This document shows positions 10,446 through 20,906 of a stretch of DNA of 64,000 nucleotides, piece by piece. The position numbers and the translations under genes are program-made. A model generated the notes under the pieces. That model had not been told where the DNA came from, made no database searches, and saw only the letters and a list, made by a program, of their open reading frames with translations. Source of the DNA: Paramoeba atlantica (Eukaryota > Protista > Discosea); the NCBI GenBank assembly GCA_977017575.1, contig CDRNVI010000040.1, positions 372,001 through 436,000 on the forward strand. Reading direction: 5' to 3'. Every line of letters begins with the position of its first letter. The stretch's first letter is position 1.

Positions 10446-11360
10446 ATGTCTGACAGTATTCCCCAGAAGGTGCATGAGAATTCGCGCTTGGAAATTCACG
10501 ACTTAAAGAAAATTGTTCAGGGGCTGATTGCCTTGCCCGGGGCGGCTAGTTTTATGCGTCCTTTGGCTAAGTCGAATTTATTAGATAGCAGTTCAGATAT
10601 TAATTTGGGGTCTATTTATCGAAACTTAAGAAAAGAAAGGTACGCTGATGTGAAGGAAGCCCTAAATGATCTTGAACTCGCATTGAATAATTGTTTTCGA
10701 TCCAGTGAAGTTGAAAGCAATGCTCATCAAAAGGCTCGAAAACTATCTGAATGGGTTAAAGCACACTTAGCAGAGTTTTCCTCTGCTGGCACACAACAGC
10801 GTTCTGTCTCACAGGATAACGGAAGACTCTCGGAGGATGCAGTGCGAGTAGAAACGAGTGAAGTAAAAACCTCTGATTGTAACAAAAATTACAGCGCGAT
10901 ACCCTCTGTACTTCCTACTTTTAGTCGTTCAAAAATTCATGAGTGGTACAAAACACACATAGAGGGTTCCGTAGCTGAAACAGGGCGAATGCTGCGTCAC
11001 AGACATACAATTAAAGATCCAATTTCTGAAACGAGACAAACTAGAACGGAAACAAAGAATAATGAAAAGCTACCACTGAGAAAAATGGTTTCCCGTCTTA
11101 AGGAAAGTGACTCAGTGTCTGGAGTTGCCGTAAGTTCGAAACGGCGCAGATACTTGGGTGAACAGATTGCTTTACTTCCGAAAGGTTCCTTGGAGGAAGT
11201 GATAGGCATATTAAAGCTCAATATTGAGAATAGCGTTCATTCAAAAGAAATGATTAGGTTTCAGAAGGATACAAACACATACACAATAAATATGATGCAT
11301 CTACCCGACGAAACTGTGAAGCGGATAGATACGCATCTCAATAGCGGGAAATGTAGCTAA
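10446..11360 (+). CDS. Divergent bromodomain protein with C-terminal ET/NET-like domain
   Basis: FMRP...INLGSIYRNLRKERYADVKEALNDLELALNNC (bromodomain-like). RRYLGEQIALLPKGSLEEVIGIL...INMMHLPDETVKRI (ET-like). Confidence 0.65.
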   Translation: MSDSIPQKVHENSRLEIHDLKKIVQGLIALPGAASFMRPLAKSNLLDSSSDINLGSIYRNLRKERYADVKEALNDLELALNNCFRSSEVESNAHQKARKLSEWVKAHLAEFSSAGTQQRSVSQDNGRLSEDAVRVETSEVKTSDCNKNYSAIPSVLPTFSRSKIHEWYKTHIEGSVAETGRMLRHRHTIKDPISETRQTRTETKNNEKLPLRKMVSRLKESDSVSGVAVSSKRRRYLGEQIALLPKGSLEEVIGILKLNIENSVHSKEMIRFQKDTNTYTINMMHLPDETVKRIDTHLNSGKCS

Positions 11361-12043
11361 TTTTCTCACTCCTGTAAGGGATATCAAGTGTCGGCTCTGA
11401 GTATGTAAAATATTTGTGTCATAAATGTCATGTAGTCTACTCCTCATGTCATGAGGAGTAAAATACCGACTGGGTGATACAGTAGAGTGTTATACAGTAT
11501 ACAGTGTGCTGTGGTAGAATAGTCCAGCTGTGGTAGAATACGCGAACTCGATTCATGTTTGGAACAGTGGCCAGAGGAGACTCACCCAATGGGAACGAAG
11601 ACTCAGCGGAAAGTATGCACCGACAGAGGCATTGCCACTACGAGAGGCAGCCGCAATGCTCAGTTAGTGAGCAGTATAGTCATGGTACCCAGTTCATGCA
11701 GGAGTATCCAGTATACATACTACAGTACATGTATCTTTCAAGGGTATTCAAGAAAGGGGGAAATATTATAGTGTGAATAGCAGTAAATTTTTTTAGTCAT
11801 ATTTTGCTTTTCCTTATTTTCTAATGTGAATGCATATTTCTTTTGGACACGACACGGTGTCTCACTTGATGTTGAATTTTCTAAAATTCCAGGTAGCTCA
11901 CAAAAAAATATGCTTTTTCATCCTTTCTTATGTATCCATTTATGGGGATCGACGAGCATTCGGTCTTAGTAAAGGGTTTGGAAAGTAATAGGTTTCCAAT
12001 GTATTGATTCTCATTCGTTGTTTAGTTGTTTTACACGTTTTTT

Positions 12044-12223
12044 ATGACAAGAGGGGACCAGCGGGACCGCGATCGAGCTCGTCGACTCAAAGAACAAAAT
12101 GACGCAAAGAAAGGTCAGAGATCAGATAACAAATCCTTTTTAAAAGCTAAAGAAACTGACAGTGAAATAATGAGAAGAAAACAAGCCGAGTCTGAAGCGA
12201 GAAAGTCCCAACAAAAAACGTAG
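12044..12223 (+). CDS. SERF/4F5-family small protein
   Basis: MTRGDQRDRDRARRLK N-terminus and EIMRRKQ, matching the SERF family; 59 aa. Confidence 0.85.
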   Translation: MTRGDQRDRDRARRLKEQNDAKKGQRSDNKSFLKAKETDSEIMRRKQAESEARKSQQKT

Positions 12224-12679
12224 TTCAGCTTACGTCCACCACGAAAGTTTTGCTGTAGTTCTGTTCAACGCAATTATGAGGGTACTGTGATGCATACGTG
12301 AATCGAAAGCCCTAGGAACTATTTACTGCACGCATTTAGAATTTTCAACATTTTTTCGGAATGTTTGCTAAGGTATCACGCCACAATGAAAGTTGAACTT
12401 GGGTAATTCAAATTTTCCAAACGTTTTATGACCTACATTTTCTCGAATATTGTATGAGGAGAAATAATGGGCTCATGAAGAAAAGTACTCTTTGGTATTT
12501 TCTGTATATGGTAAGTCACACGTACATCTATAGCAATCTGTAGCTATTTTTCCTACGAGGGCAATGAAATATACATTTTTTTTGCTGTAGAAAGAAGATT
12601 CACTCTCCTACCTATAAAAATAACAATATTTTTTAGAGTCACTTGGTTCTTCTGGCAGCGGTGCAACTCTTCTTTTCGT

Positions 12680-14422
12680 TTGACGCTCCCTAACTCATCC
12701 ACCGTGGGAACAATTCAAAGTTCCGAATCCGTAGCAGGTCGCTACCCGCATACAGGTGCCAATCACACCGCTGCTCAGGTTCACCAAGACTGCATTGAAA
12801 GTTTATTTCAAAATACTTTTTCAAGCGAAAATATATCAGTCAAAATCAACAACGAATTCGAATATTCAACCGTAACTGTTAAGGCAAAGGACACTGAAAC
12901 AGAAAAGAATACTCACGAGCATTCTAGGGGGCGTTTTGAAGATTCTGGGAGGCTATTCAATAGCGCCCTTGAGACTGTACATAAGGCTGACGGAATAACT
13001 TTACTTACACCCCCATTGAAGAACGAGATTGAAGCTCAAGGAGCATCACCTTCATGTTCCGATGAAAACAGTGAGGAGAATTTTTTCCAGCGTTCAGTAT
13101 CGAGAAATGATACTCCTCTGTCTACTAGGAATGATCGGGTTGAGTGTATGTCTGAGACCAAGAGTGCGCTCAGCTCTCCAAAGTCACCCCTAGAGAAAAG
13201 TAATTCTGAAGACCGTGATTTCAACTTTTGTTTGACGCCTCGAAACACTCCTATCAAGAGTGTGGGAGAAAATACTCATGAAAGCTCGATCGAAGGTAAT
13301 CAGATAAACATTACAAGCAGTGGTCAAGTCATTTTAAAGAACTCTGGTGTAGAATCTAGTCCCACAGACTGCAATGGAACGGAGTGCCCCCCTTTCGCAC
13401 TGAATCCAACTGGGTTTCAAAATCTAGGAAACACGTGCTACATGAATGCATCTCTCCAGTGTTTGCTAAGGTGTGGGTCCGTTCTAGAGGCGATTCATGA
13501 AGAGCAATTCACCCCAACCGGGGCGAAATCCCTTACACAGGGATTACTGTCTCGCGAGCTTACCCGCTTACACGAAGCCATACAATCTGCCTCCCAGGGG
13601 AAGGTCGCATCTCCTATGCATTTCAGAAACGTACTTAGTCGTTGGGCCAAGATCTTTGCGAACTACCGACAACATGACGCCCAGGAGTTCCTACGCTACG
13701 TGTTGGACGGATTGCATCAGGAGACCAATCACGTCATCCAACCTCCCCCTGCCCAGGAGTTGGCCGACATCAAGGGTGAGACCGCGCGCGCCCAGGCCAA
13801 TCGATACATACAGTACTACCGTTCCAGAAATGACTCCGTGGTCACGGAACTCTTTGGCGGGTGGCTTCAGCAGTGTCGGGTGTGCAACGCGTGCTCCCAC
13901 GTTAGTCGCACCTTTGCCCCTTTTATGGACTTATCTCTGCCAATTCCTGAGATGAGGGAGAGTGTAGAGCCCGATAGCTTGGTGGATTGCTTGAAAAAAT
14001 TTACCGATCCCGAGAAACTTACGGGTCTGGAACAGGCGTACTGTTCGGAGTGTAAGCAACACACGGATAGTACGTTGGAGTTTCGGCTGTGCCGTGTCCC
14101 GCCTATCTTGATGATTCACTTAAAACGCTTCCGTGATGACTGGAGACACAGCAAAATACAAGATGAGGTGACATTCCCTAAACGAGGATTGGACTTGGAA
14201 CCTTTCTTTGCGTCAGAGAATTACTCACAAGAGTCGACTGTGTACGACTTACGAGGAGTCATCAATCATATTGGATCTACCGGTGGTGGACACTACACCG
14301 CGTTTTGTAGACAAGGTGATTCCTCCGATTGGTACGAATATGATGACGGCAGAGTGCGTCCTTGCCGTGAGCTTGACTATTCAAGTGCCTACGTTTTGTT
14401 CTACGAGAAAACATGGAAATAG
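12680..14422 (+). CDS. Ubiquitin-specific protease (peptidase C19, USP2/USP8-like); start uncertain
   Basis: Cys box GFQNLGNTCYMNASLQCL, QHDAQEF and His box GGGHYTAF. The first in-frame ATG is at 13148, although the frame is open from 12515. Confidence 0.9.
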   Translation: MTLPNSSTVGTIQSSESVAGRYPHTGANHTAAQVHQDCIESLFQNTFSSENISVKINNEFEYSTVTVKAKDTETEKNTHEHSRGRFEDSGRLFNSALETVHKADGITLLTPPLKNEIEAQGASPSCSDENSEENFFQRSVSRNDTPLSTRNDRVECMSETKSALSSPKSPLEKSNSEDRDFNFCLTPRNTPIKSVGENTHESSIEGNQINITSSGQVILKNSGVESSPTDCNGTECPPFALNPTGFQNLGNTCYMNASLQCLLRCGSVLEAIHEEQFTPTGAKSLTQGLLSRELTRLHEAIQSASQGKVASPMHFRNVLSRWAKIFANYRQHDAQEFLRYVLDGLHQETNHVIQPPPAQELADIKGETARAQANRYIQYYRSRNDSVVTELFGGWLQQCRVCNACSHVSRTFAPFMDLSLPIPEMRESVEPDSLVDCLKKFTDPEKLTGLEQAYCSECKQHTDSTLEFRLCRVPPILMIHLKRFRDDWRHSKIQDEVTFPKRGLDLEPFFASENYSQESTVYDLRGVINHIGSTGGGHYTAFCRQGDSSDWYEYDDGRVRPCRELDYSSAYVLFYEKTWK

Positions 14423-14696
14423 ATCTATTCTGTTGTGACTCTATATCACGAGTGGTCTACTATGATTCTATCCATTTTAACTATAGAAAATCACCTAATT
14501 TGTTTGCTCACTTTTCACATCATACTTCGTTTGCCGATATTTGAATTATTGTGCTTTCCATTTTTGTTCCTCATTAATTAGGATCAGGCAGAGGTGATTA
14601 CAGTACAAGCTAAGGCCAGTTAGTCTTTTTTAATCTGGATAGGATCTATCTTCGCTATCATTTTCACAAACATTAATTTGTACGAGAAATCCCCTG

Positions 14697-15065
14697 ATGG
14701 ACTCCTCGGCCTTTCCTACATCTCAAAATTTTGGCACACGTACGAAATGGCAACCGCCAAATATAGGGAACGATCAACTTCACAAAAGCGCAACGTCTCG
14801 AAGTACATCAAATTGGGAAACCCTTTTTTGGTCCAATGGGTGGCACAAGGGCAGCAAAGGTCACGTTTTCTACCATCACAACACGAAAGTACCTCTTATC
14901 CTCTCGGTTGCTTTATCTTTGATTCTTTGGGGATGTCTCATTTGGTTGGTCTGGAATTATCCCATGCAGGGCACAGGCGAAGGGGCGAAAATGTGGGAAG
15001 ATTCCCCGGATGGTATTCGAGGCGGCACGAGGCGATATCCTTGGACTCCGCAAGTGTTTCCCTAA
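14697..15065 (+). CDS. Small single-pass membrane protein of unknown function (possibly mitochondrial complex subunit)
   Basis: 122 aa with one hydrophobic segment (LILSVALSLILWGCLIWLVW). Sits in the + strand gene array with normal spacing. Confidence 0.55.
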   Translation: MDSSAFPTSQNFGTRTKWQPPNIGNDQLHKSATSRSTSNWETLFWSNGWHKGSKGHVFYHHNTKVPLILSVALSLILWGCLIWLVWNYPMQGTGEGAKMWEDSPDGIRGGTRRYPWTPQVFP

Positions 15066-15325
15066 CACTCACATGTTCTATTGGCCAGCATAAAGGTCAA
15101 CATCTTAGGAGTTCGAGGCAGATTTTTGATTCACAATATCACATAGTTCCTCAATCGAACTATCTGAACAATCTCTCTTCTTATTTTTAGAGACCCAAGT
15201 GAATGGTGCCCAAATCAATTTCATCATATAATGAAACATTGCGAAAGAAATGTCATGTAAAAGTGCCTTGGTATGAAGATGTCCCTAAACTTCATATAGA
15301 CTATCTTTCTCTTCCTACTTTTATC

Positions 15326-16417
15326 ATGTCCATACCGGAGGAGGCGGTGGTGTACAAGGACGTTTCTGCGCTCATCGATGAACTCGGCGTGGACGTCGCT
15401 ACCACTAAAATCTTACGCAAACGCCTGGAGCATAAATACAAGCTCACCTTCTCCGCTGAGGACAATGCCATGCTGAAGGAAGTCATCACGAAAAAATTCG
15501 AGGAGCCTGCTTTTCAGCGCGATCTTGTGGAGGCCATGAAACGTTCCGAGCAGGGAGCCGTCCAAGCCGGATCCAAAGTTCGAAAGCCCCGTACCCGACG
15601 CTCCGAGGGGAAGTCGGAGGAGCTCGCGCCGGTGGTGGCCAGCACAGCCCCCACGGGGCCGAAGAAACCGCTGTCCGTGTATTTTCTGTACTCCGCGGAC
15701 GCGCGTGCGAAGTTAAAGGCAGAGAACCCCGGGCTGCGCATCACCGAGATCGCGTCACGCACCGCCGAGATGTGGAGGGCGATCGGAGATGAGGAGAAGG
15801 CACACTACACTGCGAAAGCAGAGGAGGAGAAGAAACGGTATGAGGTGGAGCTGGAAGCATTCAAGCAAGCAGGTGGGGTCGTCCCGAAGCGAGGAGCTAC
15901 AAAAAAGGAGGGTAAGAAGGGTAAACCCCAGATGGCGGAGGAGGATGTGGACAATGATCGTCCTCCACCCCCGAAACGGCCAATGGCGGCGTTTTTTATG
16001 TACCTCGCAGACGTGCGTCAGCAGGTAAAGCAGGACAACCCCCAATTTGGGGTACCGGAACTCTCCAAGGCTGTGGGAGAGATGTGGAAAAATGCTTCCG
16101 AGGAAGTTAAGGCGAAGTACGCCGCCCGGGAGACGCAAGTCAAGGCTGAGTACGCACGTCAAATGGAGGAGTACACCCGCCAGTACGGAACAGTGACTAG
16201 CAAAAAGAGGTCCTCCCGGACCAGTCGTCCTACTGTCAAAAAAGTAGCGGCGAAGAAGCAAGAAAAATCCGCCTCCAGCTCTTCCTCCGACACTTCATCT
16301 TCTGACTCAGAGAGTAGTGCTTCCTCAAGTGATGGGTCATCCGATTCTTCGAACAGCAAAAGCTCGGGAGGGTACAGTTCCGACGAATCAAGCTACAGCG
16401 ACAGCTCTTCTGCGTAG
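15326..16417 (+). CDS. HMG-box protein with DEK-C-like domain and two HMG boxes (kinetoplastid TDP1-like)
   Basis: N-terminal TTKILRKRLE...LKEVI (DEK-C-like). HMG boxes PKKPLSVYFLY and PKRPMAAFFMY. Ser-rich tail. Confidence 0.85.
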   Translation: MSIPEEAVVYKDVSALIDELGVDVATTKILRKRLEHKYKLTFSAEDNAMLKEVITKKFEEPAFQRDLVEAMKRSEQGAVQAGSKVRKPRTRRSEGKSEELAPVVASTAPTGPKKPLSVYFLYSADARAKLKAENPGLRITEIASRTAEMWRAIGDEEKAHYTAKAEEEKKRYEVELEAFKQAGGVVPKRGATKKEGKKGKPQMAEEDVDNDRPPPPKRPMAAFFMYLADVRQQVKQDNPQFGVPELSKAVGEMWKNASEEVKAKYAARETQVKAEYARQMEEYTRQYGTVTSKKRSSRTSRPTVKKVAAKKQEKSASSSSSDTSSSDSESSASSSDGSSDSSNSKSSGGYSSDESSYSDSSSA

Positions 16418-16850
16418 TAAATTTTGAAAGGGGCTTCATTTTGTAAAATTGCCGTTTATGAGTCGCTCCTTTACCTTGTGTTCATATTGCTATTTGTATC
16501 ATTTTTCGCATCCCTCTCTTGAATCCATTTTCCCAGCAGGGCAATGGATTATTCGCGTTTTAGTGTGATCTTGATTTTTTCTCACGTTTTAAAATCAATC
16601 TTTGCGGGTAAAAAAACGGATTAATCTCTCGCTTTTTATTTTCCGAAACACCAAAATATTGTACCAACGCATTCTTTTTTGGCATGGTTCTAAAGCAACA
16701 ATTTTTTTATGTCGGAGAATGTACTCGACTTTATTTTCTTTTCCCTTTCTCGCTGTCGTTTCACTCTCTAATTTAATTATCAGTAGCGTAAAATATAGTT
16801 TTGTATCCATATCTTACCCATCTTAAGTTACCCGTCAGCCGCGAAATTAC

Positions 16851-17570
16851 ATGTCTTTCCAATTGCTCACTTCTATGGACGCTACTCCCACGCGAGCGGG
16901 AAAGGTCAGGGGGTCCATACTGCCTCCAGAACTGCTCCTCATGTCGTTCACTCAACATCTAAAGATGAGGTTAGATTCCTGGAAGGAAACTACTCCTGGT
17001 TGTAACTGGCGAGGTGTCTCCTGTAATGTGGAAGACGAGCAAGTCTACCAAATTCGTTGGACCATGCATTCACTCGAAGGCAACCTTACGTGGGGCTCAC
17101 TTCCTCCTTCTCTGTTTCGCCTGTTTCTAAACGACAATTTGCTCACAGGGGAAATTGATACCTCAGCTCTGCCTGATTCACTCTGCACGCTTTCCTTGTT
17201 TACCAATGCTTTTTCCGAAACTGTTGATTTCACTTCTTTGCCACGAGATTTGGCTTCGACGCGGATGAATGATAACAAACTGCAAGGAAATGTCGACCTC
17301 ACACGTCTTCCCCAGGGTCTCGTTGGGCTCTATCTGTATCGCAACTTTTTTACAGGTCCATTGAATCTAACGGCGTTGCCGTGTTCCTTACAGTACTTGC
17401 GCGCAGGGAATAATTTCTTTACTGGCCAACTCGATCTTTCTCGGCTGCCTGCAGGGCTCATTCAAGCTGACCTTACAGGGAATTGCCTTTCCGATCCTGA
17501 AGGTACAGATCCGATTCCCTACAATGTTTTTGTAGACGGACAAGACTGCGAGAAGCTGAAGCTTTTATGA
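16851..17570 (+). CDS. Leucine-rich repeat protein
   Basis: CNWRGVSC cap followed by about six 24-aa LRRs (LxxNxLTGxxDLxxLPxxL). Confidence 0.85.
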   Translation: MSFQLLTSMDATPTRAGKVRGSILPPELLLMSFTQHLKMRLDSWKETTPGCNWRGVSCNVEDEQVYQIRWTMHSLEGNLTWGSLPPSLFRLFLNDNLLTGEIDTSALPDSLCTLSLFTNAFSETVDFTSLPRDLASTRMNDNKLQGNVDLTRLPQGLVGLYLYRNFFTGPLNLTALPCSLQYLRAGNNFFTGQLDLSRLPAGLIQADLTGNCLSDPEGTDPIPYNVFVDGQDCEKLKLL

Positions 17571-17837
17571 CTTGTTTTCTAAATACCAAAGTTTTGTTTC
17601 GCTATTCATTTTAGCACATGCACAAGTACGTACTAACTTACCATATACTTTTTACAAACACATTTATTTGTATTGAAAAAAAAAGCCTTCCTTTTTTGTA
17701 TCATCTCAACCCCCTCAACACAATCCCCCCACACCACCTCCCCACCCCCTCAACACTCTACACCCCTCACCCTACTCTTCCCACCCCCTACTCCTCTCCT
17801 CCCTTCTCTCCCACCCCTCTCCCTCTCCCTCCCCCCC

Positions 17838-18626
17838 ATGTCCACCCTCGAATGGCTCCGCACCCTCTCCCACCCCGAGAACCTCCCCCACCCCCCCGCC
17901 CCCCTCCCCGCGCCCCCCTCCCGGGACGCCCTGCTCGCCCTCATCCGGCTCGCGGAGCAGGCCGAGCGCTACGAGGACATGCTCACGCTGCTCTCCCGCC
18001 TGGTCACCGCCCCCGGCCCCGACCTCACCGCGGAGGAGCGCAACCTGCTCAGTGTCGGGTACAAGAACCTGATCGGGTCCCGCCGCGCGGCCTGGCGCGT
18101 GGCGCACACCGTGGAGGCCCGGGAGCGGGACCGGGCCTCGGGGAACGCCCCCCACGCCACCGCGTACCGCAAAACGATGGAGCGGGAGATTGCGGAGATT
18201 GCGCGTAGTGTGGTGCGACTGGTGGATACCCACCTGTTGCCGGGGACCACGGACGGGGAGTCGCGGGTGTTTTATTTGAAAATGAAAGGGGACTACCATC
18301 GGTACCACGCGGAGGCGAGTGAGGAGGAGGAGGCGGAGGCTCGACAGGCGGCGCTGGAGGCGTACAAGGCGGCCTCGGAGCTTACGATGGAGATTTTCCC
18401 CGCAACCCACCCGATTGGACTGGGGCTTGCGCTGAACTTCTCAGTGTTTTATTATGAAATTCTGAAGGAGACGCAGAAGGGGCTGACGCTCGCCAAGGAG
18501 GCTTATGAGAAAGCCTTGGATGAGATCGACGCGCTGGATGAGGAGACGTATAAGGAGGCGAGTCTGATTCTGCAGCTCTTAAAGGATAATATCGCGTTAT
18601 GGGTAGAGGACGAGGACGAATCTTAA
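17838..18626 (+). CDS. 14-3-3 protein
   Basis: LAEQAERYEDM, RNLLSVGYKN, KMKGDYHRY, THPIGLGLALNFSVFYYEI and LILQLLKDN. Confidence 0.97.
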   Translation: MSTLEWLRTLSHPENLPHPPAPLPAPPSRDALLALIRLAEQAERYEDMLTLLSRLVTAPGPDLTAEERNLLSVGYKNLIGSRRAAWRVAHTVEARERDRASGNAPHATAYRKTMEREIAEIARSVVRLVDTHLLPGTTDGESRVFYLKMKGDYHRYHAEASEEEEAEARQAALEAYKAASELTMEIFPATHPIGLGLALNFSVFYYEILKETQKGLTLAKEAYEKALDEIDALDEETYKEASLILQLLKDNIALWVEDEDES

Positions 18627-18983
18627 GACAATCCAGTAGGTGTTTAATTGTGGGATTGTATTTATTCCTTTTTTAATAAACGCATGATCAATGCACGAGT
18701 GTTGCTATCTTTTAAAATATAAGAAAAGTAGAGTTCATTGGATGGACTTCCTTTCTGTTTACCTAATTAGAAACTTCCTATATCACTTTCCTAACCGTGT
18801 AGCATTCAATCCATGTATATTCTTTAATTGCACAAAATGATGCCAAATTCATCTCTCGAAACCTTTTTTGGTTGAGCACCGTCAAACCATTCAATTCACC
18901 ATCCCTCTCATCCACATTTTTACACCCCTATTTTTTACACCCTTTTCTCCACTACCCCTCTATATTATATTCCTCCTCTCCCC

Positions 18984-20525
18984 ATGCTACGCCGGGGTAC
19001 CCCCCTATCCTCCTCCCTCGCCTCCCTCCTCCCCCTCTGGCCCACCTCCTGCCTCCTCCCCCCACCCCCCGCCCTCCCCCCTCTCCTCTCCCCCCTCACT
19101 GCCCTCATCGCCTCCAAACTCCCCTCCCGCCCCGAGCCCCTCCTGGCGCGTTCCTTTGCCTTCCTCCAGCTCGGGGACCTCCCATCGGGGCTGGCCGACG
19201 CCTCACGCGCGCTGGAGGTATTGCCCAATCCAAAAAACAACCACCAGGCCGCGGGGCCCATGCGGGAGCTCGGACTCGCGCTGGTCGCACGGGCTCACTA
19301 TCTTACACGAGTAAAAGTGACTTCCGCTACCAACGCTGCAGCCGAGGCCGTGGAGACCACCACGGCCCTGCAGGCCCGGCAGCGCGCGATTGGGAGCCTG
19401 CAGCAGGCGCTGGAGCACAGCCCCCGGGACTGGTCGTTGTCGGTGGCGCTCGGGGAGGAGTGGCTGGAGGGGTCCCCGGTGGCGCATGGGTTGCGCGGCT
19501 CCCCGCGGAGTGCCGCGGAGAGGTTTCAGGTCGCGATCGCGCATCTGAATGCGGAGTTAAGGCAACGGGAGGCGGTGGGGGAGTGTGTGGTGGAGGGGGG
19601 GAGGGAGGAGAGTGCGGCGGGGTTGTTTGTGAGGCAGTGGGTGGCGGAGATGTATGCCTCGGAGAGAAAAGGGGGGAAGTGGGGCTCTCGTGCGGTGCAA
19701 CAGACGGTGGAGCGTCTCCACGGCACGGCCCCCAGTTTGGCGCCGCTGGTGAAGGAGCATGGGTTGGAGGAACTCACCAAGGAGGAGGTGCGGGCGTTGT
19801 TGCCTATTTTTGTGAAGGCCGAGCTTCGGGATTATGATTTTGTGCGCCCGTGTGAAGTAGACACTATATCATACAAACCGTGGGATAGTGTTAAAGCCAA
19901 GGAATTGCAAAATCGGTTTCGCCTTTTCTCAGGAAATATTAGGGGCAACAACGCAGGTGCTTTGAATGCTGTGTATGATGCCATAGATCGTCTTTCCGAA
20001 AAAGATAAAAGCAAACCGTCCGCTGAGGCAGCATCCTACCTTCGGGCTTTGAACGAGGCTCCGACAAGCGCTGATACTCTGGAACACGTCGCATCTCGGC
20101 TTGGCACGCCTTCCCTAAAAGGTTCCCTGACACGCGATAGCAAGTTTTACTCTGTATTGGAGCAAATTGATAAAACGTACAACAGTATTCCTTCCGGTAG
20201 TATCGGCACGACTGATTACTTGCAACGGCAAAAACAAATGGCCCGAGACTTGTTGATGCAACAGAAAGACCGAGCCGAACTTGGTTACGCTGTGGCCTTA
20301 GGACAACAAGGGAGGAATGACGAGGCACTTAAAATCTTAACATCTATTTTAGAGCGTGATGAATTTCTGTCCATGCACAAAGTTTTTCGCGCTCGTGCGA
20401 CAGTTCTTGAAGCTCTTGGAGATATAGAAAGAGCAGATCGTGACTTTCGTGAGCTATTTCGGCTTCATGAAGTTCCTGTGGATATTCCTACTATCGATGA
20501 AAATCGTCTACGTAAAGCTTTCTAA
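18984..20525 (+). CDS. TPR-repeat protein, probably mitochondrial
   Basis: MLRR-type presequence. TPR-like helices (AELGYAVALGQQGRNDEALKIL, RARATVLEALGDIERADRDF). Confidence 0.65.
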   Translation: MLRRGTPLSSSLASLLPLWPTSCLLPPPPALPPLLSPLTALIASKLPSRPEPLLARSFAFLQLGDLPSGLADASRALEVLPNPKNNHQAAGPMRELGLALVARAHYLTRVKVTSATNAAAEAVETTTALQARQRAIGSLQQALEHSPRDWSLSVALGEEWLEGSPVAHGLRGSPRSAAERFQVAIAHLNAELRQREAVGECVVEGGREESAAGLFVRQWVAEMYASERKGGKWGSRAVQQTVERLHGTAPSLAPLVKEHGLEELTKEEVRALLPIFVKAELRDYDFVRPCEVDTISYKPWDSVKAKELQNRFRLFSGNIRGNNAGALNAVYDAIDRLSEKDKSKPSAEAASYLRALNEAPTSADTLEHVASRLGTPSLKGSLTRDSKFYSVLEQIDKTYNSIPSGSIGTTDYLQRQKQMARDLLMQQKDRAELGYAVALGQQGRNDEALKILTSILERDEFLSMHKVFRARATVLEALGDIERADRDFRELFRLHEVPVDIPTIDENRLRKAF

Positions 20526-20906
20526 GTTTGTAATTATTCTATATGCGACATTTTCTATTCCAAGCACAATATAAGTTCCCCTTGTACTACACTCTGATTC
20601 TTTGTTCTCTAACAATGTCGACAAATAATTGGTTGTATTAATCGATGTCATTTATAGCCTAGAGTGCGCTTTTCCTGTTTGGCCCCATAGTTAATAGAGT
20701 TCCTACTCGCAAACATATATTCATTGAACCCTCACTCATTAAATTTATGCGTCATCCGGATTTTTAAAAAGAAACAACTTTTCTTTTTATTTAGTATTTG
20801 TTCCACTTATTATTTGCTCTACTGTGCTTTATTTAACAATTCACGGCTAGTGTTTGGGTTAGACCGTAAGTTTTTCTCAAAAATAATTGAAGTCATATCC
20901 TTTTAA

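Noticed and set aside
11555-11776. Small ORFs (70-73 aa) between the bromodomain and SERF genes
   Set aside because: No recognisable motif, and two overlapping frames are equally plausible; they could be UTR sequence.
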